Position numbers and translations under genes: made by a program. Source: Bugula neritina (Eukaryota; Animalia; Bryozoa). Taken from it: a stretch of 64,000 bases of DNA. The first letter of the stretch is position 1, and every line of letters begins with the position of its first letter. This document shows positions 25,386 through 37,083 of this stretch, piece by piece. The stretch lies in assembly GCA_964035545.1 (NCBI GenBank), contig OZ037773.1, positions 3,625,751 to 3,689,750 on the forward strand, in the 5' to 3' direction. The notes beneath the pieces are model-generated. The model did no database searches. It saw nothing but the letters and a program-made list of their open reading frames with translations, and was not told the DNA's origin.

Positions 25386-28300
25386 ATGGCAAGAGAGAGT
25401 CTAAAAAAGTCAATTACGTTTATTTTGTATCTACAAGGTAAGTTTTGAAGCTTTATAATACTTTTGAAGCCTTTCTGGGGCCTGGTGTTTTTACTATCTC
25501 AAGTTGAATGCACGTTGAATGCACGTATAGATACTAGTTTTGATAAGAATTATTTGCGTTTTCTTTTAATATTATTTTAATAATTCAACATATGAGATTG
25601 CTCGAAAACAACTTATTTTACTTATAAAAATGTTTTATTCTGTTGATGCCTATTTAATTAGTGATTATAATTGGATTAGTGATCATTTGTAAATTATTTG
25701 AATCAAGTAATAGAATTTGTCAATAGGAAGTGACTATATTTTTCAAAAACAGAATATAAATTGATCAGCTAAAACATCAAAGAGTTTTTTGAATTGAATG
25801 TTTTTATTAGTACGGCTGTGTTTTTTGTTGAGCTTTGTTAGAATTAATTTTGACATCATAAGTGAAAGAGTCGAAAGGCCTTGTAGGTTTGATATCTTTT
25901 GCCCTTTACTAAGACTTACTAGTTTTTTGGTGATTTTCTGATTTTAGCAGCACTTCTAATCCAACCGACGCAAGCCAGTGATGAAGAGATCCCAGAAAGT
26001 TCTAGAGAGACTCCAGGAGAAAATGACTCCAGCAATAAATTCTCTAATATGGATTTAGACACCAGAATAAAGGAAACATCAAAAACTATTACACCAGAAA
26101 AAGCAGCAGAATTCTTAGAAGAATTTGGTTACGAGACCGGTGACAGGCGTGGACTAAAGGATGAGAGGCTTTTAATGTTTATATCTCCAGCACTAAAGAA
26201 ATTTCAAAGGCGCATGGAGATACCGGAAACCGGTAAGCATAGGAATAGTTTAGGCAATGTGACAAATTAACATGCAATATAAAATAGATTTTTGTTTTAC
26301 GCTTTCACTTCGCATATTGTTTCAAATACTTGGGCTATAAAAGTGTTAGGACGCATGTAACGGTAAATGCAGACCTAAGGCTAATCAGATGCTGGATGAG
26401 ATATCTTCCTAACTATCTATTCACCATCTAATGGACATTTAATCTTTATGATAATCCCTTTAATGATAATGTTTACCTTGTTCAGCATTACCGTTTGACA
26501 CCCTTTCACTCTTAACCCACTACTGCGTAAACTGTGCTAGCTGATGTCATCAATATCTGAAGAAGCATTGCCTCTAAATGTATCTCTAATGATTTGTAAC
26601 TCTTCATTTGACGTATTTCACACCTTGTACAATACGGCGGTTGATATTGGAATTGTTAAGTTTCTTCCTAAACTTGGTTGCTAAGCATCTCTAAGTTGTG
26701 ACAGAGAAAAACTCTCTGATATCAGAAAAAAAAATTTTAAAATTCTCAAGTTTCATACATTTTCTAACACGTTGATTTTTTAAAATTGAGTTTGTAGCAA
26801 TCTGTTCCTTTCTAAAAAGAAATTAAGAAAAATTTACAAAGTGTGATGCCAGAAATTTTCAGACGAGCAAGCACATAAGATAACAGATAACAGAAGCCCG
26901 AAAACTGCTAAATATTTTAATTTTCTGTTTAATCTTTTTAAACCGATTAAATTTTTTCTCATAAAAATTCTGTAAAAAAGACTATGCACAGAGGTTAAAA
27001 ACCATAAAAATTTTATTATAATGCCATTATGTGTTACTAGTTATAATAATAAAGTGTTAACTGATGTGGCAACTCAATCCTTAAGCTAACACTAAAGTGG
27101 TTTAACAAAGGCACTTTGTTATGGCTGCTAATATAGAAGTCTTATAAAACGGTGGATATAATGTAATTAAAGCTCTTAGAAGAGTAGCCATGGTTTAGGG
27201 GTTGGAGCACTAATTTAGTAAAGACCATTGGTGATGTTAGGAAGAGCATCCAGACGTATATAATTGCTCCTTTGCCACAATAGTGAAAAAGTCCTTAGTC
27301 CATCAGGAGTTCTCGCAGGGGTAGTGTGAGCTTTTATAGGTTGTAGGGGGGGGGGGGGAGGGTGAGGTTTTTATAGTCAGTTATTCGGTGAAATCTACCA
27401 CAAGTTTTCACAGTGTTTCCATGCATTAAATAAGCATCTACATTTATTATAGCTAATTAGGTGACCCCTAAAAACTTTACTTACTGCTAAATGTATATGA
27501 AGTCTAAAAGTACTATGAAAGTTTTCAAGTACTGCGAGAAAATGATTTAATTGCTGTTTCTAACAACAACTTGTAAGTCTCCAATCAGTTATTTGTTTAT
27601 TAAAATCAACTGGTATAATAAGCTGTGAGTTAGATATGATATATGCATATGTGTATACATATACATATAACAATGCTATTTTAGAATTCGTGCTATCTGT
27701 ACTCTTCCAGGGTTACTTGATATAAGCCAATCAGCACAAGTCTATTAATCACCCGTGAAAGAAATGCCATTGTTCCATGTTTGATGGGTTGACAGGAGTA
27801 CATTGTCTGAGAACTTGCATCATCTAGTGCATAAGCCTCAGCAATTTAACTTCTTTATATTCTATCAGCTTTCAAAATTTAAGGATGCAGAAAAATGCTT
27901 AAATGATGAGTCTTTTTAGCAGGCCGTCATGGGTTTAGTTAAAAAAACTGTTTCATTATTTATCAGGTGAACTGGATGAGAGAACCAAGTATGAAATGTC
28001 CGTCCCAAGATGTGCTTTCCCAGACTACATGACGGAGAATACTGCTAGATCAAAGAGATACATTTTAGGTAAACACGATTTCATAATAAAAAAATTTGTT
28101 CCAATAAAAAAGACTTGTTTTTTTCAGTTGTGTTAAAAAGTTTGAGGATATAGAGAAGTTTTATTTGATCAACAAGTATTTAACGTAAATATTAATCTAT
28201 AGCTAAAGCATTAGTGGTCTGCTTTTACCTGTCAGGTAGTATGGATTTTATTCAAGTTTCACAATAATTACAAAAACCACTAACACTATAATATATTATA

Positions 28301-31300
28301 TAGTCTCTAGTTGATATACCTCAGTTTGCTAATAGACTGTTTAATCTCACATCTGCAGATTTGAAATGAATTAATGTTAAATTTACTCTCTGTTGGCTCT
28401 CTATCAAGAAGCACCCATTACAACCTTACCAAATTGATAATCCACTAAGCTTGAGAAGTTAACATTACACTAATCTATACTTCCTTATTAGATATCATTG
28501 AATGAACTCACTTCTGCTGAACTCAACTCTGTGATAGTTGTAGATCTCGCGGGCTGGTTGTATCTTCCAAGACATATTTTAGCCATTTTCTGAGGCAACT
28601 CTGATTGCAATCACAAGCAATATTAGCCTCTAATTTTTAAATTATTGCTGGACATGTAAAAATGCATTATAAATAATTATTTGATTCATGATGTTAAATA
28701 TTGAGAGTTCAGGGAGCAGTCGTGGTCTAGGGGTTAGAGTGTTTGCCTAGTAAGCACGAAGGTCATGGGTTCGAGCCCTGACAAAGTCCATTGGTAATGT
28801 TAGGAAGAGCATCCAGTCATAATTGCTCCTGTGCCTCATCTAAATAAGTTCTCAGCCCGATTTAACAAAAACCCTTTCCATCAGAGTGTTTCTCACAGGG
28901 ATGATGACTTTCGTTCATTAAATATCAAGATCGAGTTAGGGATTTGATATTTCACGACCTAATAGTTTCTACTTTGTACAGCAAGCCACATGCCTCTGTG
29001 ATGCCGTATTGTAGGGAACTCTCGCTGGACTGACGGTGACTTGCCTTTGAGAGTTGTCTTCACTAGTCACAGTCGGCTCATGGGACGAGAAGCCCAGGAG
29101 CGAGCATTCATGGAGGCAGCTAATGTAAGTGTTGACTATAAACATTTCATGATTGGGTGTAAAAATATCATAATTTGCCGTTGAACTAGAACAATTTTGA
29201 GTAACAAGCTGTTCAAAGCAAAAACCAGATTTATGGAGCAAAAACTTTAATTTAATTCTTTTAATTAATGAAAAATGAAATTATTTGCTCCAGTAAGTTC
29301 AAGGCCACTCTTTGTTACTGAAGGCAGTGGGCAGAGTGTGTACTTACAGACTGAATGAATATACGTGTTGGCTATAGCTATATATTATAGAATGTACACA
29401 AGGTGCACTCACCAGGTCAAATAAAGCGTTTAATGCTCATAACTTTGAGATTAACTATTATCCAGATTGATAACATGTGATTTGTTTGAAGCGATAACCA
29501 ATTGTAGCATCTTCAAACAAATGCATTTCTCATATCATCTTAGGATTAGGCAGTTAGCCTTTTTATTAGCCTTATGCTATACAAGAACAAAAATCATTAT
29601 AAATACATAACTTGTATATGCTTGACAACTGATTGGAACAGTGATAATGTAGTTATTATGTGCTTGGGGCACTTGGTAGGCTCAAATGTACCTTTCTAAT
29701 TAGGGAGCCAGGATGTGATGACAGTTACGCACAACGCAAGGACATAATTGTGCTTTAATGTTAGAAACTTACTAATTTAAATTCATAAATGAAGTGGCCA
29801 TAGAGATTTGAGATTAGCTCCATGCAGCTCCTATATAGCCCTGTGTATTTGTTGTCCCAACTTCAATACAGCCCCATGTGTTTTTTGTCTCAACTTCAAT
29901 ACAGCCCCGTGTGTTCATTGTCCCAATTCCAATGCAGCCCCATGTATTTGTTGTCCCAACTCATATATAGCCCCATGTATTTTTTGTCCCTACTCTAATA
30001 CATCCCCATGCACTTGTTGCCCCAATTCCTGTACAAATCCTTATCAGTATTTGTTCCAGCTACTGCTGCTGCTGTCTTACACATTGCATTCACAAAACAA
30101 CAGCATAAAAGTTGATCAAATTCAAATTTTAAATTACTCGAACATTTACCACACAAACGTAGTTTGAACGCATTAAAATTTCATCAAATACAAATGCAAG
30201 CAAGTGGAAGCTCATACATGTTCACACACCTTCCTCTCTAAACATACTGTGTGCTTTAACAATGAGTCATTAAAGAGAGATATAAATTATTGGATTATAG
30301 CAATACTTACCTATTAGTATCACTACAAATAGTGAACCTGTGAAAGACTTTGTTGAATAACTCCTCAAAACGCGAAAACCTGTAAGAATACTCACCAGGA
30401 ATATGCTTGTAAACAAACCTTCTCCTGTTTCAGAGCTGGGCGGAAGTGTCCGGGCTGAGGTTTGTTAGAGGAACTCTCCAGAATGCCAACATCAGAATTG
30501 GCTTCACTCATCACGATGGACCGTGGGGAGTTCTGGGTAAAGCTTGGTTTCCCAGAGTTGGCAGGATTGAATTTGAAAATGGAGAAAACTGGGTAGACAA
30601 AATTGCCGTTAGGGGAGCATTTTCAAACAGTAAGCCGATATATGTTTGAATGATATGCTTCACCTGCATATAGCTTAATATCTAGTTTATATTGCATGTA
30701 AAAGACTGTGCCCCTGTTGCCAAAAGGCATTAGTATGCTGCCTTCACAGCAAAGAACTATAGCTAATTTACTAAACTTGGTTACATAGAAGATTATTTTT
30801 ATTATTGTTATGCCAATTAAGCACTGCACTGAGCTGTAATTGTATTGCTAGAGACCAAATGTGAATGGCATTAATATAACTTGTATTATAATATGACTCA
30901 CAGCTATTGTTTGATTCTATACACTGGATGTTGTTTTAGCAGGACCACTAGGTATGAGATGACAACTTCTTCTTTTTCCATGCATGTATTCCCAATTCTG
31001 CATTATCAACTATAACCAATGCATTTCCATCTAACCCTTTTTCATACCTTTCCTTTCATTGTTACGTACAGTAATATAATGTATTATAACTATTCTTTGT
31101 TACATTTATTAATAATTATGCGCATTTTTTGTTTATTGATACATTTGTAAAATGTCATCCCTATTTTATATTATGTTGCTGGATGATAATATATTATTAA
31201 GTTAAATATACAATTGCTCTAAACTTATCATTTCTATATTCCCCTGTTTTCCAACACAATCCACTCCTTGCATCCAAACCACCTTCACCTAACCATGGAA

Positions 31301-34300
31301 TTCTTCATTCCCAAATTTATCATTGTACTATTACCAGATATATCTCAAAGTTAACAAACAGTGTTGCTTATCTAAGCATAAATATTCAATGAGCAACAAC
31401 ATGCATACTTGCAGCATTTTACCAGGAAGGTGTTATACCACTATATGTTATATAGTGTTATATATTATACCACTCAAGTATATATACCAGTATACGTAAT
31501 AGTATAACAACGTTTCTAAAAAAGATACAAACTAATATTTTACAATTTGCTTTCAGGCCTCTCTTTCTACTCTGTTGCCATGCATGAATTGGGTCACGCA
31601 CTGGGAATATCGCACTCGAATGTTAGAGACGCCATAATGCACAGTCAGTATCAGCGAGACATCCTCCGTCTTACAGACGATGACATCAGAGCTATCACAA
31701 GGCTATATGGTCCGGCTAGACCAACACAACCACCTCAAACTCCACCTCCACCTCCCCCCTGTGAGTCTACCAGTTATTTAGTACATGCATTTAGTGTTGA
31801 TCTTTACCTAGAAGGCTGTGTAGTTTTAAATGTAATATAAGAAAATGCAATTTATATTCTGTAGAATTCTGTTTGTTATGGCTTACAAAATACTGTAAGT
31901 TCATATTGAAAGTTTATAAAAAATCAATTAATATAAATTGATGTTGTGAATCAATTGTGTATTGTGTTGTGTTGTGTGTGTATTGTGTTTTGTGTTATTT
32001 ATTGTGTTGTATATTGTGCTGTGTATTATGTTGTCTATTGTGCTGTTGTTTATTGTGCTGTGTATTGTGCTTTGTATTGTGTTGTATATTTCATTGTATA
32101 TTAGACTGTGTATTCACTGCACATTATTATACGGTTGAATGCATAAATATGTTTTAAAATTATGACACCCTAGAAAAAGTAAGGTGCAGTTTGCATGGTG
32201 CGTACTTGGGCAATAGTGAAGTTATACCTGTAGGAATTGTGCTATTAACTGTTGGTTAAACCTACTCTAGTCTACAACAAGTAACTCATGATCATCAAAG
32301 TGCTCACAGCAAAAACTTTACATAAGAAACATTCTAGAGTGTTCCCAGGCTTGTCCAGAATATTATGGAGTAGTTAAGAAGTATATTCTAAGTCTTATTA
32401 CTATCTGAAACACTAATCCAGTAACTGCATCCTCAGCTTACCTTATTTATTCAAACCTGCAGAGGAAGAAATTTCTATAATCCCAGCTTTACATTCAGCT
32501 GATTCCCTTGTAACTTCTTCTAGATTAGTCAACACTAGGTGAATAGTAAACTAGGTGAATAGCATACTAAATTAATAGTAAACTAGGTGAATAGTAAACT
32601 AGGTGAATAGTATACTAAATTAATAGTATACTAGGTGAATGATATACTAGGTAAATGGTAGACTAGGTGAATGGTAGACTAGGTGAATGATACACTAGGT
32701 GAATGGTAAACTAGGTGAATAGTATACTAGGTGAATGATATATTAGGTAAATGGTAGACTAGGTGAATGATATACTAGGTGAATGGTAGACTAGGTGAAT
32801 GATATACTAGGTGAATGATATACTAGGTGAATGATGTACTAGGTGAATGATGTACTAGATGAATGATATACTAGGTGAATGGTATACTAGGTGACTAGGT
32901 AGACTAGGCGAAACAGCAAAAAACATTTCTTAAATCAAAACTTTCATTTTTTTCGGGTGTGAGGTTAGAAAGAATAACACAGTGCAACTACAAAGTTTGG
33001 CTATTTAGCAAAAATCTAAGTCTTTTTAACGCAACAAGTTTTACTATTATAGTTATGAATGTGGTTGAGGACTTGATAGCTAAGTCTAAAGATTATTTGA
33101 GATACCTGATTTCACCTTCAAACGAGTTTTAATTCATACACATTGTGATATATAAACATTTTAATGTAAACATAAATAATGTACTTCAGCTTATGAAAGA
33201 GTTGAAATAATTATATACAAGTCATGATGAAAGTGCCAAGGCTAATAACTGACAGAGAGGGAAAGTGGGGGGTTGTAGGTACGTGCCTGACTGGCACAAG
33301 CCCTACTTGACATATAATTTATAAAGCATTGTTAACCTTCTAACATTTATAATGCAGGAAATTTGCACCCTTGAATGTGTCACAAATAAAGTAGATAATG
33401 TTCATTATTTTCTTATGCTAATTCATCTCTGCAGCTTTTTACTTTATTGTGTTGGAAGAGCAACAGCTATAACTCATTGTTTTGTGGTGGTAATGAGATG
33501 AGTGTAACAAATGCCTAATTGTTGTTTCCATAGTAACCATAACAATATAGCAAATTTAATGTTAGTCTGTGTTTCAGAAATAATTCTAACTGCTATATTA
33601 TTTCCACATCATTCACTACGAATTCTCATTGCTTCGAATTATGTGAACGGAGTTTTCATGCACATACTATAGAACTACTGTAGGAGGCTGAAAAGAATGT
33701 TATTGTACATGGATTATTCTATTATCGCATTACATACATATATTTTGAAGCCTGAGAGTACTAGAAGATCATGTGTCATGTTTAGGGGTTTGAGACCATA
33801 GCTCTATGATTGTGTCTATTCAAATGTTTTGCCTTTCTATAGGATTGGAAGATTATGCTAATTTTAATAATATTATTATAATCTAAAATGCAATTGTTCA
33901 CCTTACAAATTGTGGTGTTCACTAATGACTGAATATATGTAACAATAGCCTCTCTCACTCAAAGTAACAATGCTATTATATCTTAATATGATGGACAACT
34001 TAAATTTTTGCCTAATGATTTAAGTTTACATCAGAAATCTAATACTTTGTGGTGAAAGATGTATGCATGTTTTGTTACAGCACCTAGGACACCTCCAATT
34101 AAGGTCAACAACTCAAAAATAATGAGAAGCAAAGTGAAAAGTCAACGACAACGACAGAAAGCTAAGGCAAGCCGCCAAAAGAAGAAAAGCAAGAGCTCTA
34201 ACAGGCGAAAGCCGTCAAATAAAAACAGAAGTAGGTCAGGCAACCGAAACAAGTCACAGAAACAACAGCGAAAAGGAAAGAGCAGCAATAGTAGGAATGG

Positions 34301-34430
34301 GTCAAGGACAAAAAGAAAAAACAGCAGTTCGAGCAGAAAACGAAGCAGCAATAATAAAAAGAAGCAACAAAAAGGCAATAAGCGAAAGCCATCGTCAAAG
34401 AAAGGCTCTAGAAGACGAAGTGTGGGATGA
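25386..34430 (+). CDS. MMP: Matrix metalloproteinase (matrixin, M10A), about 436 aa, no hemopexin domain seen, basic C-terminal tail
   Basis: Exons 25386-25437, 25948-26232, 27967-28068, 29015-29124, 30434-30629, candidate microexon 30940-30951, 31557-31760, 34081-34430. Signal-like MARESLKKSITFILYLQAALLIQPTQA; prodomain (EFLEEFGY..ALKKFQ..ETGELD); cysteine switch PRCAFPD; furin site RSKR; zinc motif HELGHALGISH; Met-turn AIMH; DDIRAITRLYG; Pro-rich hinge; K/R/S tail. First and last exons assigned by splice phase. Confidence 0.9.
26516..26994. mobile_element. Possible piggyBac-like MITE relic
   Basis: TTAA|CCCACTACTGCGTA ... TATGCACAGAGG|TTAA; weak terminal symmetry only. Confidence 0.3.
27181..27338 (+). 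mobile_element. tRNA-derived SINE, internally deleted copy
   Basis: Shares A-box head, GATGTTAGGAAGAGCATCCAG core and TCCATCAGG..CAGGG tail with the other copies; B-box region missing. Confidence 0.75.
28711..28908 (+). mobile_element. tRNA-derived SINE, near full length
   Basis: A box TGGTCTAGGGG, B box GGTTCGAGCCC, conserved body TGTTAGGAAGAGCATCCAGTCATAATTGCTCCTGTGCC. Confidence 0.85.
29815..30032. repeat. 33-bp minisatellite, about 6.5 copies
   Basis: ATACAGCCCCATGTATTTGTTGTCCCAACTTCA-like units; explains the Cys-rich ORF 29808-30167. Confidence 0.9.
31955..32100. repeat. Degenerate (TGTAT/TGTGT)n low-complexity repeat
   Basis: Direct inspection. Confidence 0.8.
32534..32910. repeat. 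16-bp minisatellite
   Basis: ACTAGGTGAATGATAT-like units, more than 20 copies. Confidence 0.95.
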
Positions 34431-35892
34431 GTACAATGCATTGAGTTAGGAAGCAAGTTGTTATTTATATGCAATTGTATTGAAGTGTTGTAATATTTTA
34501 AGAGCCATCTACCGTCTGTTATTCAAATTGCTATTGTATTTGTTGTATTGTTTTAGGTTTTTAGGAAACACATTAATTTTTTATAGAGCCAGTACCATCC
34601 AGTTATGTGTTTTAATTTATCTTTTTATAGACAACAAAGGCTAATCTCAAGTTATGAGTCATTAAATCTTACATTGGAGTAATCAAGTTAAAAGTAAATT
34701 ATATATATATAATATATATAATATATATATAATATAGTTAAATTGATCATGTAGTTTCAATACAAATTTATTCAATACATTCTATTACATTATGCTATAT
34801 TGCATAATGATTGTCTATAATATGTGCATTACTATTTATTGCTGCTTATTATCTATTTCAGCATTTTGTTTATAAACCGACATGAAGTTGTGGATAGTAT
34901 TTAATATTCGACTCAATAATTTTGTTGACGATTTCCAATATTGAGACATTAAATTTTCTTGTAAAAGGATGATTTGTATTGTTTATATTAGCATGCAATC
35001 TATACACAATAGTTATACTTATATAGGTAAAGCAAATGTTAAAGCTCATAATGTATTAATTGAATAGTGCAAATTGATGATTAATAAATATTTTTTCTAC
35101 AAACTAGCATTTTTATTTACTGTACATACTTTCTTCATTATTATAGCAAATCTACAAGCAACACATTTAGGGAACTCGTTTTTCAGAGTTCATTTGTCCT
35201 CATTTGTAAATATTTATTAGTTTAAGGCAATAAAAACATATAAATTAGCAGTAGAATTATGAAAAAGTTAAAAACTAGAAATATTGAGAAAGTACTAAAT
35301 TAAGTAAAATGATCCATGATATGCATTCATTGACATGTGAGAAATTTAAAAAAAAGGAAATTTTGTTCTTTGAAAAACATCTAACAACTTATCTTTTGTT
35401 TTTACTTCATTTGTACTGAAAATGATACAGGTAGACCAAGTCATTCACCAAGTAGTAATAAATGCACAATGTACTGCACAATGTAGCTAGCACCAGGACT
35501 AGATTAGCAAAGAGATGATAACTTCCCAGCTACTCTATATATTAATACTGTGACAACACTATTAATACTGTTAGCTACAGAAATTATTAAAATACAAAAA
35601 ATAGTAAAAAGAAATATCAAAATATAATCACATAATGTAACATGAGTTAGTATTGTACCATATTACATATTACAATGCAACATATTGAGAGCTGGCTACC
35701 ATGAAATAAATATAACAACATAATTTCTCTTGGTTATGTTTAGGTCCTCAGGAAATATGGGTTATAGTCCTTTAGTAATAACTAACAATCTTCTAGTAAC
35801 TTGACTAGTAACTACAAGAGAATAAATAACATTTAGTATATTTGTGAAAAAGCATGCAGTATAACAAAGCTGTGTACATGGCAGGCAGTTTA

Positions 35893-36366
35893 TACAGTGA
35901 CAGCTGATACAGTGACAGCTGATACGGTGACAGCCGATATGGTGACAGCTGATACAGTGACAAGTGATACAGTGACAGTTGATACAGTGACAAGTGATAC
36001 GGTGACAGCTGATACGGTGACAGCCGATATGGTGACAGCTGATACAGTGACAAGTGATACGGTGACAGCCGATACGGTGACAGCTGATACAGTGACAGGT
36101 GATACAGTGACAGGTGATACAGTGACAGGTGATACAGTGACAGCTGATACAGTGACAGGTGATACGGTGACAGGTGATACGGTGACAGGTGATACAGTGA
36201 CAGGTGATACAGTGACAGCTGATACAGTGACAGGTGATACGGTGACAGGTGATACAGTGACAGGTGATACAGTGACAGCTGATACAGTGACAGCCGATAT
36301 GGTGACAGTTTATACAGTGACAGCTGATACAGTGACAGCTGACACAGTGACAGCCGATACGGTGAC
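35893..36366. repeat. 15-bp minisatellite
   Basis: GTGACAGSTGATACR, about 31 copies; source of the TVTAD and HCIxC ORFs. Confidence 0.95.
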
Positions 36367-36659
36367 CAATCAATCTAATTATGTAATTCATGGACTATGT
36401 AGCTATCAGTTAGATATGACATAAATTGATAACAAAGAAAGCAAGTATAACTTCTTTTCTGTTTAAGCTATTCAACTACCTACTAATCTCACCAACTACT
36501 GCGCATTAGCCATAATCAATAAAAACCCTCCAAATTGATTTCATTACAAATTGAACTCCCTGTATCAGTGGTTTATTAAAATACTACCAAAAATAAAATA
36601 ACTTATTAGCAAATTACAGTTTCCTCTAATATGCAGCTGAGCTCAAAGCCCATTGCTAC

Positions 36660-37062
36660 GTCAGTAACTACTGTATTACACAAAGTAATTAACTCACAAC
36701 AGTGACTGCTGCACTATACACAGTAGCATATTGACTACAGTAACTGCTGTACTATACACAGTAACTTATCAATTACTGTAACTACTCTACTATACACAGT
36801 AACTTATCAATTACTGTAACTGCTCTACTATACACAGTAACTACTGTAACTACTGTACTATACACAGTAATTTATCAACTACTGTAACTGCTGTACTACA
36901 CACAGTAACTACTGTAAATGCTGTACTATACACAGTAACTACTGTAACTGCTGTACTATACACAGTAACTACTGTAACTACTGTACTATACACAGCTACT
37001 TATCAACTACTGTAACTGCTGTACTATGCACAGTAACTACTGTAACTGCTGTACTATACACT
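36660..37062. repeat. Compound 28/37-bp minisatellite
   Basis: ACTACTGTAACTGCTGTACTATACACAGTA units with optional CTTATCA insert. Confidence 0.9.
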
Positions 37063-37083
37063 ATAGACAAGTGTTAGACTCAC

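Noticed and set aside
29808-30167. Cys-rich metallothionein-like ORF
   Set aside because: 33-bp minisatellite within an MMP intron; TTG start.
32534-32910. CRISPR-like regular array
   Set aside because: Contiguous tandem units without unique spacers, eukaryotic intron context, no cas genes.
34142-34474. Hydrophobic minus-strand ORFs
   Set aside because: Antisense shadow of the purine-rich Lys/Arg exon.
35762-36424. (TVTAD)n ORF resembling an ice-binding protein and (HCIxC)n ORF resembling a metal-binding protein
   Set aside because: Both are translations of a stop-free 15-bp minisatellite; no signal peptide or convincing gene structure; probably inside the last AFMID-like intron.
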